Below, piece by piece: positions 28,539-38,364 of a DNA stretch of 64,000 nt (position 1 is its first letter; each line of letters starts with the position of its first letter). The stretch comes from a virus. A program made the translations under genes and the position numbers. The notes beneath the pieces were generated by a model that was not told where the DNA came from, ran no database searches, and was given only the letters and a program-made list of their open reading frames with translations. The DNA is taken from the IMG/VR virus record IMGVR_UViG_3300042261_000762, positions 40,108-104,107 of that record; one strand, given 5' to 3'.

Positions 28539-28964
28539 TTAAAAATTTTTGAAATCGTTGAACCTATGAATATTTTTCAATTCTTTTGGTGGTTCTTTTT
28601 CTTTCATTATTTTTTCTTTTAATCTTTTATTTTTCATCGCGTTTAACATACCTGGACATGTACAACCCCATACTGTTTCTGGCCAGACTATAGATATTCC
28701 ATTACCGTGTTCTGAACCACAATAGGGGCAATAAGCATAATTGCCTTTATATTTTATGGGCAACATATCTAGTTCTTTAGTGTCACTATCGACTATTCCT
28801 TTTTTTAATTTATCTTCAATTTTTTCTATCTTCACTGCTTTTCTCATTCCTTCACAATCACACATTTTTACGATATCTGCATATACATTAGATATACCAT
28901 TACCGAATTCTCTATTACAATAAGGACAATATAAATAATTCCCTCTACTTTTTATAGGTAGCAT
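28539..28964 (-). CDS. Tandem-duplicated zinc-ribbon protein
   Basis: Two MLPIKxxGNYxYCPYC...GNGIS...CxCxGM units. Confidence 0.8.
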   Translation of the reverse strand: MLPIKSRGNYLYCPYCNREFGNGISNVYADIVKMCDCEGMRKAVKIEKIEDKLKKGIVDSDTKELDMLPIKYKGNYAYCPYCGSEHGNGISIVWPETVWGCTCPGMLNAMKNKRLKEKIMKEKEPPKELKNIHRFNDFKNF

Positions 28965-29000
28965 ACTATTTGTTTTTTATTTATATATTAAAAATGAAAT

Positions 29001-29477
29001 TTAATTTATGCCAAATCCTGAAAAATAATCGCCGCCTTGGTTGTCATCTAGTATGGTGTAATCGAATTCTTCACCTAATACTATTTCTATTCCGTATTTA
29101 TTATTGAAATATTCTGTGGCATATTCGTCAGCTAGATAATACAACTCACCTACTGGACCTATAGATGAAAAATGAACATGATCTTCTAAAATCATTTTTT
29201 CCATTTCATTAGAAAACAAAATAATATTCAATATACTTTGAATCTCTTTCATATCTAATCTTTCATCGCCATTTTGTATTAACTTATATTGGCTGTATGG
29301 TGTGATTTCATTTAGTAAAAGATATGATGTTATATTATTCTCTCTTAAAAAACTTTCAAGAACTGGAGAAGATTTTATTTTATGCACTATTTGTTTAGTA
29401 TAATTAATAGTTTTGAGGTCGAAGTGTTCTCCCCATCTGTTAAAGAAATCATTTATTTCACCTATTAGAGACATCAT
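29001..29477 (-). CDS. Hypothetical protein
   Basis: 158-aa ORF in the operon. Confidence 0.75.
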   Translation of the reverse strand: MMSLIGEINDFFNRWGEHFDLKTINYTKQIVHKIKSSPVLESFLRENNITSYLLLNEITPYSQYKLIQNGDERLDMKEIQSILNIILFSNEMEKMILEDHVHFSSIGPVGELYYLADEYATEYFNNKYGIEIVLGEEFDYTILDDNQGGDYFSGFGIN

Positions 29478-29487
29478 AAATTATATA

Positions 29488-30234
29488 TTATTTTGCAAAT
29501 TTAAGTTTTAATACACTTTCCAAGAAATTTGTTCCAGGAAACATTAGATCTATATTCAATAAATAAGAATCCAATTCTTTATCGTAATCATAACCACTGA
29601 ATTGCATTTCATCAAAATTACTAAATAAACTTAAAGCATATTTATATTGAGACTCCTTATCAAAATAAAAGAAATCTTTTTCATTTAAAATATAATCTCT
29701 AAATATCTGAGTATTAAAATATTGAGATGTAGTAATAAAACTAATTTCATCAAATAGTGACTTGAATCCTTTTTTCAGATATATGTCAAAATCAAGATCT
29801 AGATATTCTATGATATATTTTAGGTTATTAGATATGTTTAGTGGATTTTCTGTAGCTATGTATTTTAGGCCGCTTGGTTCGAGATTCATTCCCATTTTAT
29901 TTAGCATAACATTCATAAGAGTTGGAAGGATGTCCCAACTATAATAGAAGAATGTTGGTATAAATTCGCTGTCTGGAGTAAGAATAAAAACAAATCTAAA
30001 ATCCTTATAATAAAAGTCAACGAATCTGCCTATTTTTTGATATTCATTTGATTTGAATATATCTTCAAGAATTGTTATGTCGGTTTCTTGTGGTATGATT
30101 ATTTTAATATAATCAAATAACTGTTTTTCTTTATAAACAAAAGGAATTTCATTACGAATTTCCTTTCCATCTAATTTATCAGAAACTTCTTTAAGAAGTT
30201 TAAGGAATTCAGGTCTTTCCAGTTTCCTGCTCAT
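29488..30234 (-). CDS. Hypothetical protein, possibly a degenerate nucleotidyltransferase-like fold
   Basis: 248-aa ORF; no clear catalytic motif. Confidence 0.55.
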   Translation of the reverse strand: MSRKLERPEFLKLLKEVSDKLDGKEIRNEIPFVYKEKQLFDYIKIIIPQETDITILEDIFKSNEYQKIGRFVDFYYKDFRFVFILTPDSEFIPTFFYYSWDILPTLMNVMLNKMGMNLEPSGLKYIATENPLNISNNLKYIIEYLDLDFDIYLKKGFKSLFDEISFITTSQYFNTQIFRDYILNEKDFFYFDKESQYKYALSLFSNFDEMQFSGYDYDKELDSYLLNIDLMFPGTNFLESVLKLKFAK

Positions 30235-30454
30235 ATAATTTTATTAATTCATTTTTTGCATCCATATAAGATGGAAAAACTTTAACATTGGCATATTCCA
30301 AATCGTTCTCAAGAATATATGCCCATCCATACCATTTTCTTTCTTTTATGGCATAGAACCACACGGCGTTTAATCTCTTCTTAGCGGTGAAAGAAGTCTT
30401 TGATATTGACCAAGTACTTACTTTTCTATATTTAACTATTTTATATTTTTTCAA
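30209..30454 (-). CDS. Hypothetical protein
   Basis: 81-aa ORF overlapping its neighbours. Confidence 0.65.
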   Translation of the reverse strand: MKKYKIVKYRKVSTWSISKTSFTAKKRLNAVWFYAIKERKWYGWAYILENDLEYANVKVFPSYMDAKNELIKLYEQETGKT

Positions 30455-30860
30455 TTAACTCATTAAATTTTTCTTCAAATATGATATTATCTGGTATTTC
30501 TTCAATTCTAAACATCATAGCCATTTCCTCGGGAGAATAGAAATTTAAATTTGTGCCTTCGCCTTTGTATGCAATAAAAAAATCTTTATCTGGATTCTCC
30601 TTTGCAAATACATAAAGTCCATGTATTTCTTGCATTATCTGTCCAACTGTTCTGCTAGGTTGTTTTTTCTTTGTCAAATCTTTTGTTATAATAGCATAAG
30701 ATTGTCCTTGCATACCGTGACACCTTCCATATATGGCTCCGAAATTTTGATAAGCATATAGGGCTGCACCTTTACCGTGTCGACCTTCTGTGTTAGCACC
30801 AAATACAAATATTTCATTAGGTAATAATTCTTTTATATCACCTTTATAAGTTCTTCTCAT
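30441..30860 (-). CDS. Conserved phage protein, macro-like (IFVFGxNxxGxHGxGAA family)
   Basis: EIFVFGANTEGRHGKGAA...GQSYAI. Confidence 0.8.
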   Translation of the reverse strand: MRRTYKGDIKELLPNEIFVFGANTEGRHGKGAALYAYQNFGAIYGRCHGMQGQSYAIITKDLTKKKQPSRTVGQIMQEIHGLYVFAKENPDKDFFIAYKGEGTNLNFYSPEEMAMMFRIEEIPDNIIFEEKFNELIEKI

Positions 30861-30862
30861 TT

Positions 30863-31399
30863 TTAATCCTCCCAAATTTCTTCACCATAAGGATCTAAAT
30901 CTGATATTATTTGTCCTCTTGGCTCTTCTGGTTCATTATTATTATATTTAAAATCTAAGTATGCCAAATGTCCAACTGGAGCTGACATAGGTTTAACAGC
31001 AACTAAATCAAGTCCAATAGTTTTAGCCGCCACTTTCATGGAAAGTGGTAATAACCCTTCGTTACAATCACGAATAGATGTTCCTTCATCATCCCAGTTT
31101 TCCTCACCGTAAGGATCTATTTCTGATATTTTTTGTCCTTTTGGTTCTTGGTGTGCATCCCAATAAGGGTCATAAGATCCAAAATAACCATTAATATCAT
31201 CTATAACTGGATTCTCACTCGGTTTAACCTTTACTAGATCAAGCCCAATAGTTTGCTTAGCTTTATTCCAAGTGTCAGCATTAATATTATCATTCCAATC
31301 ATCGTAGAAATTCCTCCACTCTGGTGATATACCAAGTTTGCTCCACCTATCTATTACTTCTTGGCGGGTATCTTTAATTTTCCCATTGTTCTTCTCCAT
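30863..31399 (-). CDS. Major-capsid-fragment protein with two DPYGEE tags
   Basis: TIGLDLV twice; LLPLSMKVAAKTIGLDLVAVKPMSAPVGHLAYLDFKY resembles the gp23 Gol region. Confidence 0.7.
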   Translation of the reverse strand: MEKNNGKIKDTRQEVIDRWSKLGISPEWRNFYDDWNDNINADTWNKAKQTIGLDLVKVKPSENPVIDDINGYFGSYDPYWDAHQEPKGQKISEIDPYGEENWDDEGTSIRDCNEGLLPLSMKVAAKTIGLDLVAVKPMSAPVGHLAYLDFKYNNNEPEEPRGQIISDLDPYGEEIWED

Positions 31400-31748
31400 A
31401 TGGATCTAAATCTGAATATACTCTTTTTATTTCTTTTCTTGGAGTTCTAACTAAATGTTCTACCTCTCTTTTAATTATATCTCTTAAATTAGATCTTACA
31501 TCTATATTAAAGTAAGATCTCATATCTTCTAACATACTCCTATTAACAGAACAACTTATTTCTCTTCCGTCCAATAGTCTGATCCTCATTCTTGGAGCCC
31601 ATGTAGCCTCACTAATCATTTGAACAGACTGTATTCCATATTCTATCATTTCTTCTTCAGAGAATAAAGAATTATCTTTACTTGTAGTTTTCTCTATAAC
31701 AGGTTTTGACTGTTCTTTATATCTTTCCCAATTATTAAAAAAATTCAT
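31374..31748 (-). CDS. Major-capsid-fragment-like protein with C-terminal DPYGEE tag
   Basis: QSVQMISEATWAPRMRIR; ends KRVYSDLDPYGEEQWEN*. Confidence 0.6.
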   Translation of the reverse strand: MNFFNNWERYKEQSKPVIEKTTSKDNSLFSEEEMIEYGIQSVQMISEATWAPRMRIRLLDGREISCSVNRSMLEDMRSYFNIDVRSNLRDIIKREVEHLVRTPRKEIKRVYSDLDPYGEEQWEN

Positions 31749-31749
31749 A

Positions 31750-32004
31750 TTATTCCTCCCAATCTTCTTCTCCAAAAGGATCTAGTTCAGAATATATCCT
31801 TTTTATTTCTTTTTGTTTTGACGGAATATTTATTGTAGAATAAAATCTATTATCTATCATAGTTGTTGCATACCTAGATTTAATAGTCTTCTTTGGAATA
31901 TTAGTTGAAACATCCACAACTTCACATGGTTTATAAGGCATGTAAACATAACCTTGATTATTTTTTATCCTTTCCATCTCTAGTCTATACATATTATAAC
32001 TCAT
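31750..32004 (-). CDS. Major-capsid C-terminal fragment with DPFGEE tag
   Basis: GYVYMPY...PKKTIKSRYA...NRFY resembles gp23 GIYYAPY...PVMGFKTRYG...NAYF. Confidence 0.7.
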   Translation of the reverse strand: MSYNMYRLEMERIKNNQGYVYMPYKPCEVVDVSTNIPKKTIKSRYATTMIDNRFYSTINIPSKQKEIKRIYSELDPFGEEDWEE

Positions 32005-32007
32005 AAT

Positions 32008-32202
32008 TTAATCCTCCCAATCTTCTTCCCCAAAAGGATCTAAGTCTGAATATACTCTCTTTATTTCCTTTTCTGGCATACTGTGTAATACTGAATATTC
32101 TCTAATCCATGCCATTTTTTCTTCGTCTGTTATTTTAAGTTTGCGTTCTTGCGGTAAAACCCAACTCTTTACAGCTTTTTCTTTATCTATAATTAAATAC
32201 AT
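32008..32202 (-). CDS. Major-capsid N-terminal-like fragment with DPFGEE tag
   Basis: IIDKEKAVKSW...ITDEEKMAWIREYSVLH; ends LDPFGEEDWED*. Confidence 0.55.
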   Translation of the reverse strand: MYLIIDKEKAVKSWVLPQERKLKITDEEKMAWIREYSVLHSMPEKEIKRVYSDLDPFGEEDWED

Positions 32203-32205
32203 AAA

Positions 32206-32592
32206 TTAATCCTCCCAATCTTCTTCGCCATAAGGATCTAAATCTGTAAATTTTTGACCCTTTGGTACATGAGTACTATTATTGCTTATTCCTCCTGTTC
32301 CACTTGATCCACTTACTCCATGAGGACTACAAGAATAATAAGGTCTCCCTATTCCGGCAACTCCTGATGTTCCGCTAGTGCCTACTGCACCACTCATTCC
32401 CATTTTAGCCTTACTAAATCCTGGATCTGCCACTATATCGTAAGATAATATTTTGTGGGATTTAATATATCTATCTACTACTTCTCCTACTCCTCTACTA
32501 CAAACAACAAAATTAGCAGGCGCTGTTCTGCCAGCCTCTGATATTATATTAGAAGCTTCAAGTATCTTGCCTACTAATTTTTTGTTGTTCAT
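32206..32592 (-). CDS. Major-capsid fragment plus SGTSG tract with DPYGEE tag
   Basis: KILEASNIISEAGRTAPANFVVCSRGV resembles gp23 IARQTGRGEGNFIIASRNV. Confidence 0.7.
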   Translation of the reverse strand: MNNKKLVGKILEASNIISEAGRTAPANFVVCSRGVGEVVDRYIKSHKILSYDIVADPGFSKAKMGMSGAVGTSGTSGVAGIGRPYYSCSPHGVSGSSGTGGISNNSTHVPKGQKFTDLDPYGEEDWED

Positions 32593-32951
32593 AATTCTAT
32601 ACTTCCTATCCCCTCATTCCTATCTATACATATTGCTGTAGCCGAATTAGACCCGTCTGATTTCTTATCATTTATAACTATTCTCTCACCTCTACCTAAT
32701 CCCATAACAAGTTGATCATATACAACACCAGATTCAGCTAATTGTTTAATAGTAAAATCTCTTAAACATTCCCTTCTTCCTGTAGTTATAACAACATAAT
32801 AACCAGCCACTTCCCATTCGTCTAATTTTTCTTTAACTCCAGGTAAAAGAACTGTTTCATTATCTTTCAAGGATGACGAATGTCCTCCGTGATGTTTTAA
32901 TAAACATCCGTCTATGTCTAGAAAAATTACTTTACTACTATAATCTATCAT
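32589..32951 (-). CDS. HAD-family phosphatase-like protein
   Basis: FLDIDG, TTGR, INDK. Confidence 0.8.
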   Translation of the reverse strand: MIDYSSKVIFLDIDGCLLKHHGGHSSSLKDNETVLLPGVKEKLDEWEVAGYYVVITTGRRECLRDFTIKQLAESGVVYDQLVMGLGRGERIVINDKKSDGSNSATAICIDRNEGIGSIEL

Positions 32952-34084
32952 TTATCTTTAAATTCTTTTTTATCTACTGATTGATAAAACTTAGAAAAAT
33001 CGAAATATTTATCAAATACATTTCTAATTTCCTCATAAGTCAGAGTTGGTAATATTTTCTCTAAAGAGAACTTATCCATCTCTATAAATTTATATCCATT
33101 ATTATGTAATAAGATGTTTTCTTTTTCGTATTTATTTTGATAGTATTTCTTAGTTATTTCAAATCTTTCCCTTGTTAAATATTTATCTGGATTATCTAAT
33201 ATATTCTTTATTAATTCCTGAACTTTATCTACATTCTTATTTGAAGTTACAGTCTCAAATATAGCTATGGCAGAATTATTAGTTACTTCTCTATTATAAC
33301 AATGAACAAAATACACAAGCCCGTGCTTCTCTCTTATTTCTTGATAAAGAGGAGATTTCAATCCGCCACCTAACATTCTTGTTATGAATTGAAGATGTGG
33401 GAAATGATCATGTATAATTGGTGATAAGTTAATAATAGAAGATTTATCTTTATAACTATTTCCTTTTTCATATATGAAATCGTTATCTACATTAAGAACT
33501 AACTCTTTATCTTCATAGGTTCTATTATCAAATTCCACTTTAGAGAAGAATTCTTCTGTCTTTTTATCTGTGCTTTTTGATACGTCTACAATCATAGTTG
33601 GTTTTCTGTATTGTAGTTCAAAGAAATCCTGACAATCTTTTAATGTTAGACCTTCTAAATCTTCTAGTAATCCTATTGCTTCATAATAACCATATAATTT
33701 TCTAAAAAGATTTTGACCGTGAGCGTCTGATTGTTTATTGAAAGAATCTTTATATTCTTCTATAACAATTTTTTTCTCATTTTGAAATTGCTCTTCAGTG
33801 ATATTGAAATTCTGAAGATGTTCGAAGAATTTCTTTTTCCATCTTTTAACATTTTTATCCATTCCAGTCATATAAAATACAATCTCTTTGTCTGAAGTAT
33901 ATGCATTCCAATGTATAGCATCTCTTTCGAAATCTTCCATTAGACTATCTATTCCTTTACATACAAGGTGTTCCATTATGTGTGAAATACCATAGATTCC
34001 TTTATGTTCATTCATTGTGCTTCCATAATAAGCAATGTAAAACCCAGATAAGGGTGTTGGTGATTTGATTTTCTTATAATTCAT
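32948..34084 (-). CDS. M16 family zinc peptidase
   Basis: GISHIMEH (HxxEH), NAYTS, LYQEIREKHGLVY. Confidence 0.92.
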   Translation of the reverse strand: MNYKKIKSPTPLSGFYIAYYGSTMNEHKGIYGISHIMEHLVCKGIDSLMEDFERDAIHWNAYTSDKEIVFYMTGMDKNVKRWKKKFFEHLQNFNITEEQFQNEKKIVIEEYKDSFNKQSDAHGQNLFRKLYGYYEAIGLLEDLEGLTLKDCQDFFELQYRKPTMIVDVSKSTDKKTEEFFSKVEFDNRTYEDKELVLNVDNDFIYEKGNSYKDKSSIINLSPIIHDHFPHLQFITRMLGGGLKSPLYQEIREKHGLVYFVHCYNREVTNNSAIAIFETVTSNKNVDKVQELIKNILDNPDKYLTRERFEITKKYYQNKYEKENILLHNNGYKFIEMDKFSLEKILPTLTYEEIRNVFDKYFDFSKFYQSVDKKEFKDK

Positions 34085-34088
34085 ATAT

Positions 34089-35081
34089 TTATTTATTTTT
34101 AATTTTTATTAACATATCTTTATCTATAACATTATAGATTGAATCATCATTTTTTAAATATTCTTGATAACAAGTGCCATTGAATCTATCTGACCATCTA
34201 TTACTTTTCATTGGTTTATAAATGTCAATTTGAGAATCTTGAACTTCTTGTCCTGATAATAGTTTCAAAAGAAGATTTTCTTTTTCGACTGACCATTTTA
34301 TTAATCCAGTTAACCATTTTTTTAACATACAATCTTCCATAAAATAAACTAACCAAGATGTCAAGTGTAAAGCATAAGTTGGATAATCTGTTGATGATAA
34401 AAATTTTCTAAACCAGCTTTCACTTTTTGCTTTTTCGGTTATTGCATATAATTTATATCCATTATTAGCATCAGATTTTTCATCATAAACCCAACCTTTA
34501 CCATCCCAATTATGCCACAATCCTGTATTTGGATCAACATCCATATACCATAGACTATCTCTATCTTTATAACCTAACATTTTATATAATAGTTTATTCC
34601 ATAAAATACCAGGCACGAATTCTATAAGTTCGAATATTCCAAATAGATTTGTCCACCATTTACTTTTTGATGTTGCCATTCTAATCCAAACCCATAAAGT
34701 AGGACCCATAAGAAATCTCTTACTCAATCTAAATCTTAAATGTCTTCCTATTTCTTTAAGTTCTTTTTCATCTCCATTAAATTTCAATGAAGCCAAAGCC
34801 ATTATAGTTTGATCACGGCTCATGTCATTTTCGCCATATCTAGGATAACATCTTGCCCCTTGATAATAATATTTACCATTAGGTTTTTCGACTTTTGTAA
34901 AACATGATAATATTCCTTCTTTAAGAATTTTATCTCCATAAGAAATATAAGACATTGATGTTCTGTGACAAGCGTCAGCTTCTCCTATATTTTTTGGATT
35001 TTCCCAACCCTCGGGAGTTTGAAACATCATTTTTTTATTAATGTCAAAAAATCTATATGTTTTTGATGTAGTATTAAACAT
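34089..35081 (-). CDS. Hypothetical protein
   Basis: 330-aa ORF containing DMSRDQ. Confidence 0.75.
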   Translation of the reverse strand: MFNTTSKTYRFFDINKKMMFQTPEGWENPKNIGEADACHRTSMSYISYGDKILKEGILSCFTKVEKPNGKYYYQGARCYPRYGENDMSRDQTIMALASLKFNGDEKELKEIGRHLRFRLSKRFLMGPTLWVWIRMATSKSKWWTNLFGIFELIEFVPGILWNKLLYKMLGYKDRDSLWYMDVDPNTGLWHNWDGKGWVYDEKSDANNGYKLYAITEKAKSESWFRKFLSSTDYPTYALHLTSWLVYFMEDCMLKKWLTGLIKWSVEKENLLLKLLSGQEVQDSQIDIYKPMKSNRWSDRFNGTCYQEYLKNDDSIYNVIDKDMLIKIKNK

Positions 35082-35096
35082 AATTTTAATTATTTT

Positions 35097-35303
35097 TTAT
35101 GAACTAAAATGTTCATATACAGTTTTTAATGGCATCAAATAACAATTATCCACATCACCTTCACTGGATTCTATGATTATTACTTGAACGTCATTTTTGT
35201 CGTTTTTATTTGTGAAACTTCTAGTTTCAGCGTAATAATATTGGTCCTTCTTAAAAGGACCAATATCTTTTACGCATTTTATTTTAACTTCTGTTATATC
35301 CAT
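35097..35303 (-). CDS. Hypothetical protein
   Basis: 68-aa ORF in the operon. Confidence 0.6.
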   Translation of the reverse strand: MDITEVKIKCVKDIGPFKKDQYYYAETRSFTNKNDKNDVQVIIIESSEGDVDNCYLMPLKTVYEHFSS

Positions 35304-36238
35304 CTTACTGAGTGTAAATCTTCTAATTTTCTACCTCCACCATAACTTATACTTGATTGTAAACATTCAGTCAAATAATCAAGATATTCCAAAGTGGAAA
35401 CATTTTTTAGTTTATTTAATTTTACAGTGCCTTCTATTCTATTTAATTTTTTACCTTGTCTTGTAGAAGCACTCCCATAAAATTCTTTAAATTTAACATC
35501 ATCAATTTCAACAACTCTTCCAGGCGAATCTAAAAAAGCTGACATCATACCACCAACCATAACCACAGAAGCTCCAAGAACTATAGATTTAGCAATATCT
35601 GCGGGGGATTTAATTCCACCGTCAGCTATTATGTGTTTCTTTGTTACTTTAGAACAATCATGAACAACAGAAGCTTGTATATTTCTACTACCAAAACCTG
35701 TTGTTGGATAAGTAGTACAAGCACTTCCTGGTCCAACTCCTACTTTTATAGCGTCAGCTCCCCAATTATCTAGGTCGACAGTTGCTTCTATACTAGCAAC
35801 ATTTCCAGCTATAATAAAACTTTTAATATCAAGATCTTTTAAAAATTTGAGAATTTTTTTCATCTTCTTACAATGACCGTGAGCTATATCTATAGTTATA
35901 AAGTCTGGTACTAATTTTTCTTTAACTAATTCTCTCATAAGATCATAAGAATCTTCATTCACTCCAATTGAAATTGAAGTTGGTAGATTTTCTTTTTTCA
36001 TGTCCATGATGAATTTTTTATTATCAACTCCAAATCTATGCATTATATAAAAATATCCATTTCTAGCTAAAATCTTAGATAATTCTTCGTCTATTACACA
36101 TTCCATATTGGCAGGTATAACAGGATTTTTGAATCTAAAATCGCCGAATTGAATATTTGTATCACATTCGCTTCTACTATCAACAGTACTATATCTTGGA
36201 ATCAAATTTATATCATCGTAGTCAAATTTTCCTATCAT
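35294..36238 (-). CDS. guaC: GMP reductase
   Basis: FDYDDINLIP, SRSECD, PANM, IDIAHGH, KVGVGPGSACTT, IIADGGI. Confidence 0.93.
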   Translation of the reverse strand: MIGKFDYDDINLIPRYSTVDSRSECDTNIQFGDFRFKNPVIPANMECVIDEELSKILARNGYFYIMHRFGVDNKKFIMDMKKENLPTSISIGVNEDSYDLMRELVKEKLVPDFITIDIAHGHCKKMKKILKFLKDLDIKSFIIAGNVASIEATVDLDNWGADAIKVGVGPGSACTTYPTTGFGSRNIQASVVHDCSKVTKKHIIADGGIKSPADIAKSIVLGASVVMVGGMMSAFLDSPGRVVEIDDVKFKEFYGSASTRQGKKLNRIEGTVKLNKLKNVSTLEYLDYLTECLQSSISYGGGRKLEDLHSVRWI

Positions 36239-36420
36239 AAGTCTAGTTTTAATTGATTGGGATTTTCGTTTAATTTTTCTTTATCTTCTATGAAATCTAA
36301 TATTTTTTTATAACTATCATTCGATCCTTCCATGTAAGGAGATGGAGAACAGCCGTTTATATAACAATATCTTTCATTGCTTTTAATTAATTGTAAAATA
36401 TAATTCTTTACATCTTTCAT
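36235..36420 (-). CDS. Hypothetical protein
   Basis: 61-aa ORF with ATGA overlap. Confidence 0.6.
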   Translation of the reverse strand: MKDVKNYILQLIKSNERYCYINGCSPSPYMEGSNDSYKKILDFIEDKEKLNENPNQLKLDL

Positions 36421-36422
36421 AA

Positions 36423-37409
36423 TTAATTTTTTATTTTTTCGTTTAATTCTAATAATCGATTAAACATATTAATTCTGAATATATCAGATATTCTTTTTAT
36501 AAATTTATCATATTTGATATTATCAACATAATGTTGGAACATTCCAATGTCCAATTTGTCTTCTGGTATTCTTGACATTCTGTTCATATTTTTTTCAAGC
36601 CATTTGACAGAATCTAACTCTATATTCTTTTTTTGTGATGTTACTGTATCATATAAATGGGCGCTTTCAGCCATCTTAAATTTCTCATAAGACTCTTTTA
36701 ACTCTTCAACATATGATGTATGATAATATTCGCCGCCATCGGTATATGAAAAATATAAAATTTGAGAATCTTTCAAGAATCTTCTCAAATTATCATTATC
36801 TGGATGTTGAATCCATGTATTTTCATTTTCCGCTGGCTTTACTATCATCGTTATTGGATCTAAAGAAGAGATATCAATGATGTTTTTTTGTTTATCATCG
36901 TATATTACTTCATAAGCCAGATACCCGTCTATTAATAATACTTTAATTGTATGATAAAAGCTAATATCTTCAACATCTACAATTTTTCTTATTGGGTCAT
37001 ATTTCGGATGACTATAGAATCCTTTTATGCTATCCCATATATCATCTGTTACAATATCAATAAAATTTTTAATTTCGTCTTTTATTGATAATTGCCTTAA
37101 TGTTTTTCTTTTTTCTAAATAAGTTCTATCTCTATAATCGATTGAAGATTTTCTATTATAAGATTCTTCTATTATGGATATTTTTGTTTTGGATTGTAAA
37201 GCGTTAATTCTTTTATTTATAGTTTTACCTAATTTGTCTAGATATTTTTCTTCATCCCCATAATCTTTTACGACTGTTTGAGTGATGCCCACATCCCATC
37301 CGTTTTCTTTTAGATATTCATTTATTAAATAAATTATTGTCGATTTTCCGGTATTAGACCAACCTTTAACAACGATCGACAGTTCGTTGATTTCTTTCTC
37401 TTTTTTCAT
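36423..37409 (-). CDS. P-loop segment fused to a condensed portal (gp20-like) paralogue
   Basis: GWSNTGKST; LLIDGYLAYEVIY...LDP...SYVEEL...SRIP...IKYDKFIKRI resemble T4-type portal blocks. Confidence 0.6.
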   Translation of the reverse strand: MKKEKEINELSIVVKGWSNTGKSTIIYLINEYLKENGWDVGITQTVVKDYGDEEKYLDKLGKTINKRINALQSKTKISIIEESYNRKSSIDYRDRTYLEKRKTLRQLSIKDEIKNFIDIVTDDIWDSIKGFYSHPKYDPIRKIVDVEDISFYHTIKVLLIDGYLAYEVIYDDKQKNIIDISSLDPITMIVKPAENENTWIQHPDNDNLRRFLKDSQILYFSYTDGGEYYHTSYVEELKESYEKFKMAESAHLYDTVTSQKKNIELDSVKWLEKNMNRMSRIPEDKLDIGMFQHYVDNIKYDKFIKRISDIFRINMFNRLLELNEKIKN

Positions 37410-37465
37410 TTTGATTTGATTATTTTTTGATTTGTTTTGGTTTTCATTTTGTTTTGTTTTGTTTT

Positions 37466-38362
37466 TTATATTAAATCTGACTCATCAATTTCGTCATTAA
37501 TTCCACATTCTTTACATCTATCCCACAATAGTCCTCCGGGAATACCTATATCATTGGGAGTAAATTTTTCTCCTTTTTCGTTACACATTACCATTTCATT
37601 ATTTAATTCCCAATCTCCTTTTTCTATGAAATGACAATATCCAGATTCTTGATTGTGTTTACTCGGATTGTGATCGGAATATGGGCAAGGTTTCTCATCA
37701 TAACAATAAACACCACTAGGTATTATTGATGTGTCCTTATTTTTTACTTTTTTACTTATTTCTAATAATTCTTTGTAACATTTTCTACAAAGAGGAATGT
37801 AACTATCATTCCCTCCTATTTCCACTTGTTCTCCTTCTGTTACTATATCTTTAAAATGACCATATAAGAAATCTTTTTTCTTATATCTTATATTTAATAC
37901 TGCTTTCTTTTCACAATTATGACACAGGGTTTTTAATTCTTCTATTTGATCTGCTAAAGTTAACATATAAATAGAACCTTCAAATGGTTCTGTTTGGAAA
38001 TCACTTCTTAGTCCATAAACGATAACCGGAATATTTAATTTATCTACTATGTCAGCTAATTCGTAGATGTGATGTTTCTTAAAGAATTGAACTTCATCTA
38101 CTAAAATACAATCATAATTATAATTATTTCTTGGTTTGTGAGTTCTAACATATTCAAATATGTTCATTTCGTCTGTAATTCCAACAGCCGGTTTTTCCAA
38201 ACCAGTTCTTGATTTTACGATATTATCACCGTATCTATTGTCTTTGGCTGATGTTAGTATAAGAACATTTTTGTGGTGTTCTTCGTAGTTGTAACAAGTT
38301 TTTAATAAATCTAAACTTTTACCTGCTCCCATTGAGCTATATCTGAAAAATAATTTTGCCAT
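37466..38362 (-). CDS. tdk: Thymidine kinase with Cys-rich C-terminal extension
   Basis: SSMGAGKS, LVDEVQF, YGLRSDF, FEGS, IGGNDSYIPLCRKC. Confidence 0.95.
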   Translation of the reverse strand: MAKLFFRYSSMGAGKSLDLLKTCYNYEEHHKNVLILTSAKDNRYGDNIVKSRTGLEKPAVGITDEMNIFEYVRTHKPRNNYNYDCILVDEVQFFKKHHIYELADIVDKLNIPVIVYGLRSDFQTEPFEGSIYMLTLADQIEELKTLCHNCEKKAVLNIRYKKKDFLYGHFKDIVTEGEQVEIGGNDSYIPLCRKCYKELLEISKKVKNKDTSIIPSGVYCYDEKPCPYSDHNPSKHNQESGYCHFIEKGDWELNNEMVMCNEKGEKFTPNDIGIPGGLLWDRCKECGINDEIDESDLI

Positions 38363-38364
38363 AT

